This document shows, piece after piece, positions 36,569 through 45,271 of a stretch of DNA of 48,623 nucleotides. Source of the stretch: a virus. Lineage: Duplodnaviria; Caudoviricetes. Every line of letters starts with the position of its first letter. The stretch's first letter is position 1. The notes under the pieces are model-generated. The model had not been told where the DNA came from, did not search any database, and saw only the letters and a program-made list of their open reading frames with translations. Location of the stretch: positions 1 through 48,623 of IMG/VR virus record IMGVR_UViG_3300034171_000074. One strand, given 5' to 3'. Both the position numbers and the translations under genes were made by a program.

Positions 36569-38772
36569 TAACCAATTCTCCGAAGAGCGGGAATAACCAA
36601 CGTCCTGTTTAGTCTATCTATGTCGAGACTGTCCACCCAGTAATCGTTGATCTCGTTAGCCAGAGTTTTTATGTACTCTTCACCGGCACCCAAGTCGATA
36701 GCATAAGCCAGGGCTCTGTACATAAGGACAGACCGTTGGCCATTTTCTGCTTCAAACGCAAAGAAGAAAGTCTCCCTTGGATCTTGTAGCTTTGTATCTT
36801 TTTGGGTTTTAGGTAGATTGGCAGCAGGTTTAGGTTTATCCCTGATACGGATAGCAGCACGTTCTATCAGATATTTGGTCTGAAGTGTTTCACCTTCCAT
36901 CTGTTTTAGGATAACCCGGTCTTTGTAAGACAGAAATATTTGGCTTTGTGGCAGAGAATCTATCACCAGGCCAAGTTCTTCACCAATTTCTGTTAAGAAC
37001 TCTTTCCACATACGCTCATCGATATCGACAATAGAATCCAGTTCCATGATTACTCTGAACTTAAATTCATTATCCGGATCGCTGGTTCTAGCTATGTAGT
37101 GATTGTACTGGCTTAACAGAGTGTGGGCTTCAAAATCAGTCAACATAGACTTATCGATGTCGAGTACCACAAACTTGGTTCCGTTAATCAGATTGGCTTT
37201 ATTACGTTCCCCGTTTTTGAACGCGAATGAGCTGTAGGCTGAATTTTCTTGAAGCAGTAGCTCTATCTCAGAAAATTCTGTTTCATAGAATTCGTAACCG
37301 TGACTGCAGTTTCGAGACATATAGTCTTTCATTTCTGCGTCTTTCATATCTTCCTGAAAAATTATGTAAGAAACACCAACAGTGCTGGTTTTTATTATCT
37401 CCTTGTATTTGATGCCACCATCAGTAGGTGTGTAAGAACCGCTCTCATCGTAGCTGTTTGCCATTGTGCAAATTTCTTCAACTTTGGATTTTGATGAACC
37501 AGTTCCTCCTATATAAGACAACTTTCTAAGTTCGTGAAGTGACAGAAAAAATTCACCATCTTCAGACTTAAACTTACACATATCTGTAAGTTGTTCATAC
37601 GGCTCTTTAACAAGTTCTTGCTCAAAATCAGCCATATCACTAGACAAAGATTCTACGGTGTTGATAGCACACGCATAAGTCTTTTCATTGATCTCTTCGT
37701 CATTCTGAAGAATTGCATAGCTACCGGCTAGTTTTAGTGCAAGCCATTGCTTGTGCTTTCGGCTCAGTTTGGATATCGGGTATTTGTTAGTCATACCATC
37801 AGAGATGATATTGTTCAGCTCCAGGTAAACATCAAAAAGCTTATTAGCATCTTCAGAAACTTCCAGAGGCGTATTGTTTGTTTTATCTACTAAGCCTGAT
37901 GTGTATTCATTGAGTGATGCTTGAGCCTTCAGAACCCGCTCACGCTCTTTTTCCTTCATGGCGTACAGTTCATCTATTGAAGTGATTACCAGTGGTACAG
38001 GCTGTTCTGGAGTGAATGTGAAGATGCTTCTTCGGGCAAGCTGCGTGTTGAACACTAACTTAAACCGGTTCTTAATCTCGTTATTGAACAGTATTGCTTC
38101 CTGAGATCCAAAAAACAGGGCGTTTACAGGTAACCCTTTAACATCGCTTGTCTGATTTTCGTTAGATTTAACAATTTTTGGAGGTATGTTACCCAGGTCG
38201 TATGCCACAGCAACGGTTTTTATGATGTCAGTCATTGAACCGTTATTCTGAAGCTCTGAACCTATCTCAGAAGACATTATGGAACCGGCACCGAGAGGGT
38301 TGGACGCTATATCTGCGAAATGGTGTATCAATCCCTCTACAGTGCCAAGACCCGTCTGTAATGGTTTTGGAGAATGGTAATACTTTTGCCAATCTTCCTT
38401 TTTTTCACCTTCCAGAATTGCCATGTTCTCAGCTTTGGTTCTGGCATACTCTTTGCGAACACTCTCCAGTTGTTCATATGCATCAGACATTGATTTGCGG
38501 ATAGTGTTGAGTGACTTATCCTTAGACGTTCCAGAAGCACTCAGAGCAAACACAATAGCGTTTGTGGGTACCAGTGTTCCGTCATACAGCTGAATTGGTT
38601 TACGCAAATGTGAGCTAAAAGTTATAAGCTCACTCAACGTAATGGCCAATTTCAATTTGAAAGGTATGTCACCAGAGATGGTGTCAATACCCTTCTTGAC
38701 AATATGCGGGATCACATCAACTGATGAAGTCCGATCCGACACATACTGTTCAAGGAGAGCTTTGGTTTCCAT
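36568..38772 (-). CDS. DNA primase / primase-helicase-like protein (N4 gp43-like)
   Basis: N-terminal degenerate P-loop domain (ALSASGTSKD, SSEIGS, LARR); C-terminal AEP-type motifs VLDID, HYIARTS, KFRVI and PriCT-like GQRS. Confidence 0.8.
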   Translation of the reverse strand: METKALLEQYVSDRTSSVDVIPHIVKKGIDTISGDIPFKLKLAITLSELITFSSHLRKPIQLYDGTLVPTNAIVFALSASGTSKDKSLNTIRKSMSDAYEQLESVRKEYARTKAENMAILEGEKKEDWQKYYHSPKPLQTGLGTVEGLIHHFADIASNPLGAGSIMSSEIGSELQNNGSMTDIIKTVAVAYDLGNIPPKIVKSNENQTSDVKGLPVNALFFGSQEAILFNNEIKNRFKLVFNTQLARRSIFTFTPEQPVPLVITSIDELYAMKEKERERVLKAQASLNEYTSGLVDKTNNTPLEVSEDANKLFDVYLELNNIISDGMTNKYPISKLSRKHKQWLALKLAGSYAILQNDEEINEKTYACAINTVESLSSDMADFEQELVKEPYEQLTDMCKFKSEDGEFFLSLHELRKLSYIGGTGSSKSKVEEICTMANSYDESGSYTPTDGGIKYKEIIKTSTVGVSYIIFQEDMKDAEMKDYMSRNCSHGYEFYETEFSEIELLLQENSAYSSFAFKNGERNKANLINGTKFVVLDIDKSMLTDFEAHTLLSQYNHYIARTSDPDNEFKFRVIMELDSIVDIDERMWKEFLTEIGEELGLVIDSLPQSQIFLSYKDRVILKQMEGETLQTKYLIERAAIRIRDKPKPAANLPKTQKDTKLQDPRETFFFAFEAENGQRSVLMYRALAYAIDLGAGEEYIKTLANEINDYWVDSLDIDRLNRTLVIPALRRIG

Positions 38773-39591
38773 TTATGCACCTATTTCGTTAACAACGTCT
38801 TCGTAAAACTGGATTTCATCAAATTCAAAACCGACGTTCATGGCTTTGGGTAGCTGTACAGCATTGCCATAACCACTGGACAATTTTGATTCAAAAACAG
38901 TTTCCAGAATTGCAAAGTAAAATTTACGGAGAAGTCGGTCGTTAATTACAGACGACATCACTGATACAGACTTTGGGTCTTTGTGAGAAAACAGCGGTAT
39001 TGATGAAAAAAAGTTACCAACATCATCGTGAGCACAGTTACTGATTGGTAAAACCAAAGTAACTTTAACGAAAATATGACGACGTTCTAATTCTTCAACA
39101 GTTGCCAACAGCTTAGCAACGTTTTTACGTACATCGCTATTGTCTACATTACACGGGTAGCTGATATTTACGTAAAGCTCGTAAAAGAAGTCTACGTACT
39201 GTTTAGAGGGAGTCATAACACAGTCAGGCTCACCAGAAACATACTTACCTACATCAACATCTACCTGGGTACCGTCTGTGGTGTATCGGAAGTTTTCGTA
39301 CACTTCTTCAGTGAGCAGTCCACGCTTCAGGAGATTTGAACGTACCAGGTTGCGGATAGATTCCTGCTCTTCTTCAAGAAAATCTGTTTTTCCTTTAAGA
39401 AGCATTTCGAGCGATTCTGCGTAAGTCATTCCACACTGGGTATCAGCACGCTGTGTAATTTTTCCGACTTCGTGTTTGAAGTGTTCAATATTTCGGAAAG
39501 GTAGAAAGTGGCACTTTCCAATAATATTTTTCCAGTCTTTTGGAAAAATATCATGCAGCGGTAAAGCCATATCAGTATTTTTAATTGTCAT
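38773..39591 (-). CDS. vWA-like partner of MoxR/CobS-type ATPase
   Basis: DG..VDVGKYVSGEPDC motif followed by a degenerate MIDAS strand (LYVNISYP); directly downstream of the AAA gene. Confidence 0.6.
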   Translation of the reverse strand: MTIKNTDMALPLHDIFPKDWKNIIGKCHFLPFRNIEHFKHEVGKITQRADTQCGMTYAESLEMLLKGKTDFLEEEQESIRNLVRSNLLKRGLLTEEVYENFRYTTDGTQVDVDVGKYVSGEPDCVMTPSKQYVDFFYELYVNISYPCNVDNSDVRKNVAKLLATVEELERRHIFVKVTLVLPISNCAHDDVGNFFSSIPLFSHKDPKSVSVMSSVINDRLLRKFYFAILETVFESKLSSGYGNAVQLPKAMNVGFEFDEIQFYEDVVNEIGA

Positions 39592-39613
39592 TTCAATTTC
39601 CTATACCATTAGT

Positions 39614-40378
39614 TTATTGAACGTCAAGCAGTTCAGATAAATCGTAAACTGTTACACATTCAGACTGGTTTATAAATTTAGGCATTGAACTCAAAGCAGT
39701 TTCAAATTCTTGAAGAACGCCAGGGTTATCCCCTATTATCCTCTCAAAGAATCCTTCTGTCAGATCCAACTGTTTTCTTTTGTAATATCTTAGGCTATCC
39801 CTCATTGACACTGATGTAGAGGAATTATTTTTCTTCAAAATTTCCCGTAAAGCAGAAATTCTTAATACAGTATCTGTATCGACTAAAGACTTCTCCAGGT
39901 CAAGGTCAAGTGGAATTAGAACAATGTCGAAGCGGTCAAGAGTAGCAGCATCTAGCTTAGAACGCCCGACATAGTGACGATGTTCGTCTTGAGGATTGGC
40001 TGTAGCTACCATCCTAAAATCTTCGTGTATCTGAACAACACCAGTAGGAAACGATATATACCCGTTTTCTATTGTGTTCAAAGACAATATTACGTTTGAG
40101 TCAGAAGCATCAATTTCATCAATCAAAAACAGCCCACCACAAGTAGCAGCTTTGTAGAGCTGAGACTCGATGTAAGTACCGTTTACACTTATGAACCCCA
40201 GTAGATGTGACAATGTGGTTTGACGTGTCATTGATAAGCTATAGAAATCAAGTTTCAAAGATTTAGCAACAGCCATAGCTATTGTTGTTTTACCGCTACC
40301 TGCAGGGCCTATAAGCATTGTTGCAATGCCTGCAGATACAAGTTTTTGAATTTCTGCTTTTTTAAAGTGCTCAGTCAT
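39614..40378 (-). CDS. MoxR/CobS-like AAA+ ATPase
   Basis: GPAGSGKT, LIDEID, ATAN, LDAATLDRF. Confidence 0.88.
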   Translation of the reverse strand: MTEHFKKAEIQKLVSAGIATMLIGPAGSGKTTIAMAVAKSLKLDFYSLSMTRQTTLSHLLGFISVNGTYIESQLYKAATCGGLFLIDEIDASDSNVILSLNTIENGYISFPTGVVQIHEDFRMVATANPQDEHRHYVGRSKLDAATLDRFDIVLIPLDLDLEKSLVDTDTVLRISALREILKKNNSSTSVSMRDSLRYYKRKQLDLTEGFFERIIGDNPGVLQEFETALSSMPKFINQSECVTVYDLSELLDVQ

Positions 40379-40998
40379 CAGAAAGGAACTCCAGTATCTT
40401 CTTTACTTTTTGGTAGAACGTGTTTCATGAATTTATAAGTTTTATCAGGATTGGGATTTATCAATGATAGATAAAGAACTTTGCTTACAAGTTGATCTTC
40501 AGATTCTACGAAAATTTCAATGTCTGGATTTTTTTCATCCAGAATTATAAATTCTTTTATATTCTCCTTAACACTCTGGTAGTTTTTTAAATATGCTTCG
40601 TAATCAATTTTAAAGTATTCAGAATTTTTTCCAAGCATAGAAACAACAAGGATGAATCCTAAAATATCTGGGTAACTATAACCATTGTATTTATCTTCAT
40701 CTTGAGTCAACTGTTGCAAACTCATACTGTATTCAAGAAGGTTAAAAGCTTCTAAGTCACTGCTGAATACGTTTTCATTATAATGATTAGCAATTGCTTG
40801 GTACAAAGCACCTGTATCCATTTTTTCAGATTGAGAATTTACATACTCACGAACAGTTTTAATTCCGTGCTTACCAACTGCATGAAATACGTTTAAGAAG
40901 ATAATACTGTTAACACCCTTACTTCTGGTAAGCATTGTTTGGTAGATGCTTAGTAAAGGAGATTTCTCAACAATAAAAGGTAAGAATTTATTTGACAT
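40378..40998 (-). CDS. Hypothetical protein
   Basis: 206-aa ORF with GGAG RBS; TGATG coupling to the ATPase gene. Confidence 0.7.
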   Translation of the reverse strand: MSNKFLPFIVEKSPLLSIYQTMLTRSKGVNSIIFLNVFHAVGKHGIKTVREYVNSQSEKMDTGALYQAIANHYNENVFSSDLEAFNLLEYSMSLQQLTQDEDKYNGYSYPDILGFILVVSMLGKNSEYFKIDYEAYLKNYQSVKENIKEFIILDEKNPDIEIFVESEDQLVSKVLYLSLINPNPDKTYKFMKHVLPKSKEDTGVPF

Positions 40999-41176
40999 AA
41001 TTACTTCTCCAAATTTTATTTATAATTTTAAAGTGGTTTAAACTCATCTGAAAAAGAGCGGCCTACCCGCCTTACTGTGCCTGTACTGGGATTACAGCAA
41101 ATAAGTGTGGAGTCACTTTGCACTGGCCGGTTATGTTTTTTCATGCCCACGCTCTTTCAGATAAATTTACAGAGCT

Positions 41177-41205
41177 AAAAAAGCCCCTCTAAAAAAGGGG
41201 CTTTT
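41177..41205 (-). terminator. Rho-independent terminator (potentially bidirectional)
   Basis: AAAAAAGCCCCT-CTAAAAA-AGGGGCTTTT; on the - strand the GC stem is followed by U6, just after ORF 41230..41574. Confidence 0.85.
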
Positions 41206-41229
41206 CTATTTACACTTTATACTGAGTTT

Positions 41230-41574
41230 TTACAGGTACTCGAACTTGGTACCGGAAGAAACGTTAACCAGGACAGGATTTGTAGCGATAAGCTCTTCAA
41301 CACGACGGTTAGGGTTAACACCCTGGCCTTGCTCAACAGCCTCACAAGCCCTGACTTTGATTTTTGCTACTTCGTTACGAACAAACGTCAGCTTTGCATC
41401 GTCTTCGAGATTGCTGAAACGCATTTCACCGTAAGTAGTGTTCACAAGCGGATCTTTAATTTCAGCATCTTCGTTGCCGTAAGACTCACGAGCTTTTGCT
41501 GCCAGTTCAGCAACAGAAGCAATTTTTTCTTCATCAGAAGTTTTTTCGTTTGACAAGATTTTAGTAATTGACAT
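41230..41574 (-). CDS. Hypothetical protein, probably highly expressed
   Basis: 114 aa, GGA RBS, followed by a terminator; CGT/AAC/GCT-rich codons. Confidence 0.75.
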   Translation of the reverse strand: MSITKILSNEKTSDEEKIASVAELAAKARESYGNEDAEIKDPLVNTTYGEMRFSNLEDDAKLTFVRNEVAKIKVRACEAVEQGQGVNPNRRVEELIATNPVLVNVSSGTKFEYL

Positions 41575-41635
41575 AGTTGGTATTCCATTTTATTTATCAC
41601 ACTGAGTTTTTAAGTTATAAGGTGTGTGAGTTACC

Positions 41636-43036
41636 TTAAACCCTAAGAGCCCTCGCTGAGAGCAAATTTTTACCAGCCCTTGAGCACGCTACGTAGTAGC
41701 ATCGGTAAGCTACAAGGTCTTCTTGATTTTGGATTCCACCGTTCTCCCGTATGGACTCTATCTTAACGTTTAGGTCATCACCAATTTCAACGGTCTCAAA
41801 TTCTAGTCCTTTGGAGGTGAATACTGTAGCGATAGTATAGTTTAAGTCTACAGGAGATTCTTTGGCTTTTTTGTAAAGATCGAACAAATTGATGTTTTTA
41901 CGCTGAAAGCTTAGAAGCAACCTTATCGCACTTTGCACCTCAAAATCATCAACGTTTTCTAGCAGATACATCATGTAACTCTGACCTTTCTCCCTTTTTT
42001 TGACGTAGTTTTTATACTCGTCTGCTAAAAATCCATATTTTTTCTGATAAGGAACTTTTCCAGCTGCAGCTGAGGCAACAGCCATAGGAGCGGCAAAGAT
42101 TTCAGAGATCTTACGCAGTAGATGAAATCCTTTATTTTTATCAATCCTGTTTTGGATCTCACTGACAATAAGAGCGTTAGTCATTGTGCAGTAAAGAAAT
42201 TTACCGTTAGCTACTGGGTCGTCTGTACCCACAAAATTGAAATCTTCAGATACGTCTTTACGCATGAAGTTTTGAATACTTTGAGCAATTATTTCACTAC
42301 ATCTCCATGAGTGGGTTAGATACAGAACAGGCTCATCAGCCAATTCTTCAAAACCGTTAACCAAGTTAAGGAAGTGGTAGATAGCCTGATTGGTTTCACC
42401 CAGACCAATTTTTTTGGCAGCTGGTATGAGTTTGAATATCTCAAGAGCAACAGCAGTAGTGTCATTGATTTCATCAAGTATGACCAAATCATAATCACAA
42501 TTAGCAGTGCCTTCTACCAGCATTAGGTGAAAGAACTTGAGCATAAAGTTAAACGTCGGTGGCAGTTCATCATTCACCATTTTTTCAACGTATTTTATGC
42601 ACAAATCGATTTTAGTATTACGAGCAGGATCTTCTTCTGGAATGTGATCTTCAAAGAACTGGTACATGTCTACTGATCTAGAAACGTAAAACATGTCTAT
42701 AGCAGTAATAATTTCAAACTTGAAAGGGTAGGAAATATTCTCTTCAATACACGTGTAAGTCAGGTCGCTAATTTTCTGGGTAGGTTTAACGTGCTTGTAA
42801 GCAAGAGCGTGAAAGGTTTTACACTCCATGTTAGTGCCATGAAATCTACTGGTACCCTCTTCTACAATTGCTTTGTTAAAAGCGGTGTACAGTCCCTTAC
42901 GAGGGTCCAGTAGATTGGCAATATGCTTTGCTATGAAAGTCTTACCAGTACCGGCACCTGCATGAACAAGCAGTATTCCGTCTTTAGCTTCAACATGATC
43001 AATGATATCGCCCTGTTCAGGGGTAAATTTTAGCAT
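41636..43036 (-). CDS. Superfamily 1 (UvrD-like) DNA helicase
   Basis: Q motif TPEQ, AGAGTGKT, AFNK, TFHALA, ILDE, SWRC, SKGLEF, YVACSRA. Confidence 0.9.
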   Translation of the reverse strand: MLKFTPEQGDIIDHVEAKDGILLVHAGAGTGKTFIAKHIANLLDPRKGLYTAFNKAIVEEGTSRFHGTNMECKTFHALAYKHVKPTQKISDLTYTCIEENISYPFKFEIITAIDMFYVSRSVDMYQFFEDHIPEEDPARNTKIDLCIKYVEKMVNDELPPTFNFMLKFFHLMLVEGTANCDYDLVILDEINDTTAVALEIFKLIPAAKKIGLGETNQAIYHFLNLVNGFEELADEPVLYLTHSWRCSEIIAQSIQNFMRKDVSEDFNFVGTDDPVANGKFLYCTMTNALIVSEIQNRIDKNKGFHLLRKISEIFAAPMAVASAAAGKVPYQKKYGFLADEYKNYVKKREKGQSYMMYLLENVDDFEVQSAIRLLLSFQRKNINLFDLYKKAKESPVDLNYTIATVFTSKGLEFETVEIGDDLNVKIESIRENGGIQNQEDLVAYRCYYVACSRAGKNLLSARALRV

Positions 43037-43050
43037 TCAGGTTTCTACCT

Positions 43051-43308
43051 TCAGCCGGTAAAGTACTTCGACTGCTTTATTTGTTTGGGGTTTGCTACGA
43101 CATGAAATTCCAAATCTCCTGAGCGTGCACCAAGTACATACTCAACAGTTTGTGTCATAGGATTTATTCGTAGGCTTTCTACACACAAGTACAGGTCTTT
43201 TTTACCATTAAAATAGGTAACGTACTTCCCCTCTGAAAACTCGATCTTTTCAGTAGGTACTCCAACCTTGTTGTAGTTGCTGATGCTTATTTTAGTTCTT
43301 CGGCTCAT
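43051..43308 (-). CDS. Hypothetical protein (likely start at internal Met, MSRRTKI)
   Basis: 3' part of ORF 43051..43401; the ATG at 43308 has a GGAG RBS and gives only a short overlap with the upstream gene. Confidence 0.55.
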   Translation of the reverse strand: MSRRTKISISNYNKVGVPTEKIEFSEGKYVTYFNGKKDLYLCVESLRINPMTQTVEYVLGARSGDLEFHVVANPKQIKQSKYFTG

Positions 43309-43624
43309 CTGGTTTCTCCGATTTTGAGCTATTCCAAAATTCTTGAGCACTTTGAACAGTATCTCGGTAGTCAGAAAAAATACCACCACCTTCAGATTCA
43401 TAATTGCAGTTAGTACAAATTACAAATGCAAAGTATTCAACAACGTCTTTAACATTGTAATTAACAGCAACTGCCAGGTATTTATCTGATAAGCAATCAC
43501 TGCAGAATCTTAAAGAGATTGTAGGAACTGTACTGGATATTGAATGAACAATATTTTCATCATTTGCGTTCTTCACGCTTCTTCTCCTTAAACTCACGAG
43601 TTTTACGACGACGAAACATAACAA
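43292..43624 (-). CDS. Lar-like (restriction alleviation) zinc-finger protein; start uncertain
   Basis: CxxC...CxxC...A.EFWN pattern typical of the Lar family. Confidence 0.5.
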   Translation of the reverse strand: MLCFVVVKLVSLRRRSVKNANDENIVHSISSTVPTISLRFCSDCLSDKYLAVAVNYNVKDVVEYFAFVICTNCNYESEGGGIFSDYRDTVQSAQEFWNSSKSEKPDEPKN

Positions 43625-43676
43625 GTTTGTAGCACAAGTAAAATATGGCTATAGACATAAAAATATCAAAAATCAT
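43560..43676 (-). CDS. Small membrane peptide (38 aa)
   Basis: TAAGGAG RBS before the ATG at 43676; hydrophobic N-terminus with a basic tail (MIFDIFMSIAIFYLCYKLVMFRRRK...). Confidence 0.55.
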   Translation of the reverse strand: MIFDIFMSIAIFYLCYKLVMFRRRKTREFKEKKREERK

Positions 43677-43680
43677 AATT

Positions 43681-43959
43681 TTACTCCTTAAACCTATATC
43701 TAAATATTTCAATGTTTTTTTGGACATGCCTGCAATAATCAGAAGCACCTCTATCAAAAGCACTCCAATGAACAACTGATGAAAGTTTATCTTCAACATA
43801 TTTAAGAGCTTCATGGAAAAACATGTCTTTAAATATAGACTCAGCCCATTTAAGTCCTTCAAACCACTGTTTGTTTCGTTTCATGAAAACCTCTAATTGA
43901 TAGCTGTCTCGGTAGATGTAAGGCATCAACCTTACACCCACCACTTTCCATAGAAACAT
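43681..43959 (-). CDS. Hypothetical protein
   Basis: Fills the gap in the early operon; alternative start at MKRNKQW with a GAGG RBS. Confidence 0.55.
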   Translation of the reverse strand: MFLWKVVGVRLMPYIYRDSYQLEVFMKRNKQWFEGLKWAESIFKDMFFHEALKYVEDKLSSVVHWSAFDRGASDYCRHVQKNIEIFRYRFKE

Positions 43960-44342
43960 TAACTTTCCATTGCCACCATTCGACCGCTGTAGTGATACGC
44001 CTTCTCTGAGTTACGTAGCAAAGTATCTCCAGGTTTTCCATTACCAATACGCAACTGCCCCTTACGCCAAAGTGCTTTAAAAGCTTCACCTTCTTGGAAC
44101 GTCATTTGGAACAGCTCAATTAAGTCTTCACATTCAGCCTTGTAAGGATCAAGACGCTTTGGATTATCCACTGTAGCTACCCAGTAAGTGTTATCACCAC
44201 CGGATGACTGCTCTACAGGTGCAGCAAATGTTACAACATCTTTTTTTGCTGCTGGACGACCACGTTTTTTTGCGGGTGGACGACCACGACGAGGACGAGG
44301 AACAACTGTATCGGTTTTAGTGTTTGCTGTTTCTTTTTTCAA
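43959..44342 (-). CDS. Conserved phage protein (DUF3310-like C-terminus) with N-terminal AT-hook-like motifs
   Basis: TTG start with GGAG RBS; RRGRP and KRGRP motifs; ECEDLIE...FQEGEAFKALWR...EKAYHY. Confidence 0.65.
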   Translation of the reverse strand: MKKETANTKTDTVVPRPRRGRPPAKKRGRPAAKKDVVTFAAPVEQSSGGDNTYWVATVDNPKRLDPYKAECEDLIELFQMTFQEGEAFKALWRKGQLRIGNGKPGDTLLRNSEKAYHYSGRMVAMES

Positions 44343-44386
44343 AATATTTCTCCGTTATGATTAAAGCATTTTTAAATGCTATGGTT

Positions 44387-44632
44387 TTACTTGTTGATAA
44401 AATCAACAACAATATTTAGAGCAGCTCGAAGTTTATGAACTGTTTCTAAATCTTCAGATTTGAAAACAATACTGAATGAATTTCCACCCTGGCTAAAAAG
44501 TTTTACAGTAGAAATTCTTTGTTCACCGCAAGGTGTTACATTGTTAATAAGATCAACACTTACGGTATCTTCAATTGTTATATTCATTGTTTGTTTCCTA
44601 CGGAGAATGAATTCCAGTAAATCCTGTTCCAT
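44387..44632 (-). CDS. Hypothetical protein (likely start MNITIED)
   Basis: AGGA RBS upstream of the internal ATG at 44587, which overlaps the upstream stop (ATGA). Confidence 0.55.
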   Translation of the reverse strand: MEQDLLEFILRRKQTMNITIEDTVSVDLINNVTPCGEQRISTVKLFSQGGNSFSIVFKSEDLETVHKLRAALNIVVDFINK

Positions 44633-44946
44633 GTTAAAAGATCATGAAAATCTGGAGAGAAAACACCATCAATATCTGAGTGTTTCATCATGAAGCATCC
44701 AGGATATTGAAACTTAATATTTTTCCATACAAGTAAACGGGAATACCCAGCACGGAATGAATTTGGAATTTTAAACTCACCGCTTCCACGAGTTGCGGTA
44801 TTCCAACGAATACGTTCAGTAATCATGCTTATGCTTTTACGACATATACCAGCGGCATGAAGTTCCTCAGCAAACCGTAGATACTCTTGGTAGATGTGAG
44901 GGTTTTGATTGTGATACGTTAAAAAATCACTTTGAGCTTTTAACAT
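44584..44946 (-). CDS. Conserved phage hypothetical protein
   Basis: GGAG RBS; F..YH..NPHIY...ERIRW...FKIPN....YSR pattern common in phage ORFs. Confidence 0.7.
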   Translation of the reverse strand: MLKAQSDFLTYHNQNPHIYQEYLRFAEELHAAGICRKSISMITERIRWNTATRGSGEFKIPNSFRAGYSRLLVWKNIKFQYPGCFMMKHSDIDGVFSPDFHDLLTWNRIYWNSFSVGNKQ

Positions 44947-45271
44947 AAATTAATCTCCATTTAAATTTGATGACTCCCTGACAGCTAAGTAGGTATGAGC
45001 TACAAAGCTGTCAGGAAGGTCAGGTAGAATAGCGTACCAGGCTGGCAGCATTTAACGATTGCCCAAATCGGGAAAGCGATTCCTGCGGAGCTATAAGTTT
45101 TATGAAGTAAAAAACCTAGTCGTAGAAAAGACTGAGCGTATGGCTGCTTCAAGCCTCCTGTCTTTAACTCAGGCATAAGGACTCCCTATTCGCCTCTTTC
45201 TGGTTTCAGTTCCCAGGCAGCGAACTTCCTGTTTTCTTTATCAGGCTTCTTTAAAGAAACCAAAAAACTTT

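Noticed and set aside
40999-41229. tRNA gene in the intergenic gap
   Set aside because: No cloverleaf, no TTC T-loop and no CCA end on either strand.
43560-44089. Full-length ORFs 43560..43862 and 43859..44089
   Set aside because: They overlap better-supported genes in other frames; only the RBS-supported 38-aa 3' part of the first was kept.
45085-45091. GCGGAGC resembling the N4 vRNAP P2 promoter hairpin core
   Set aside because: Only a 2-bp stem; the flanks do not pair and the rest of the consensus is missing.
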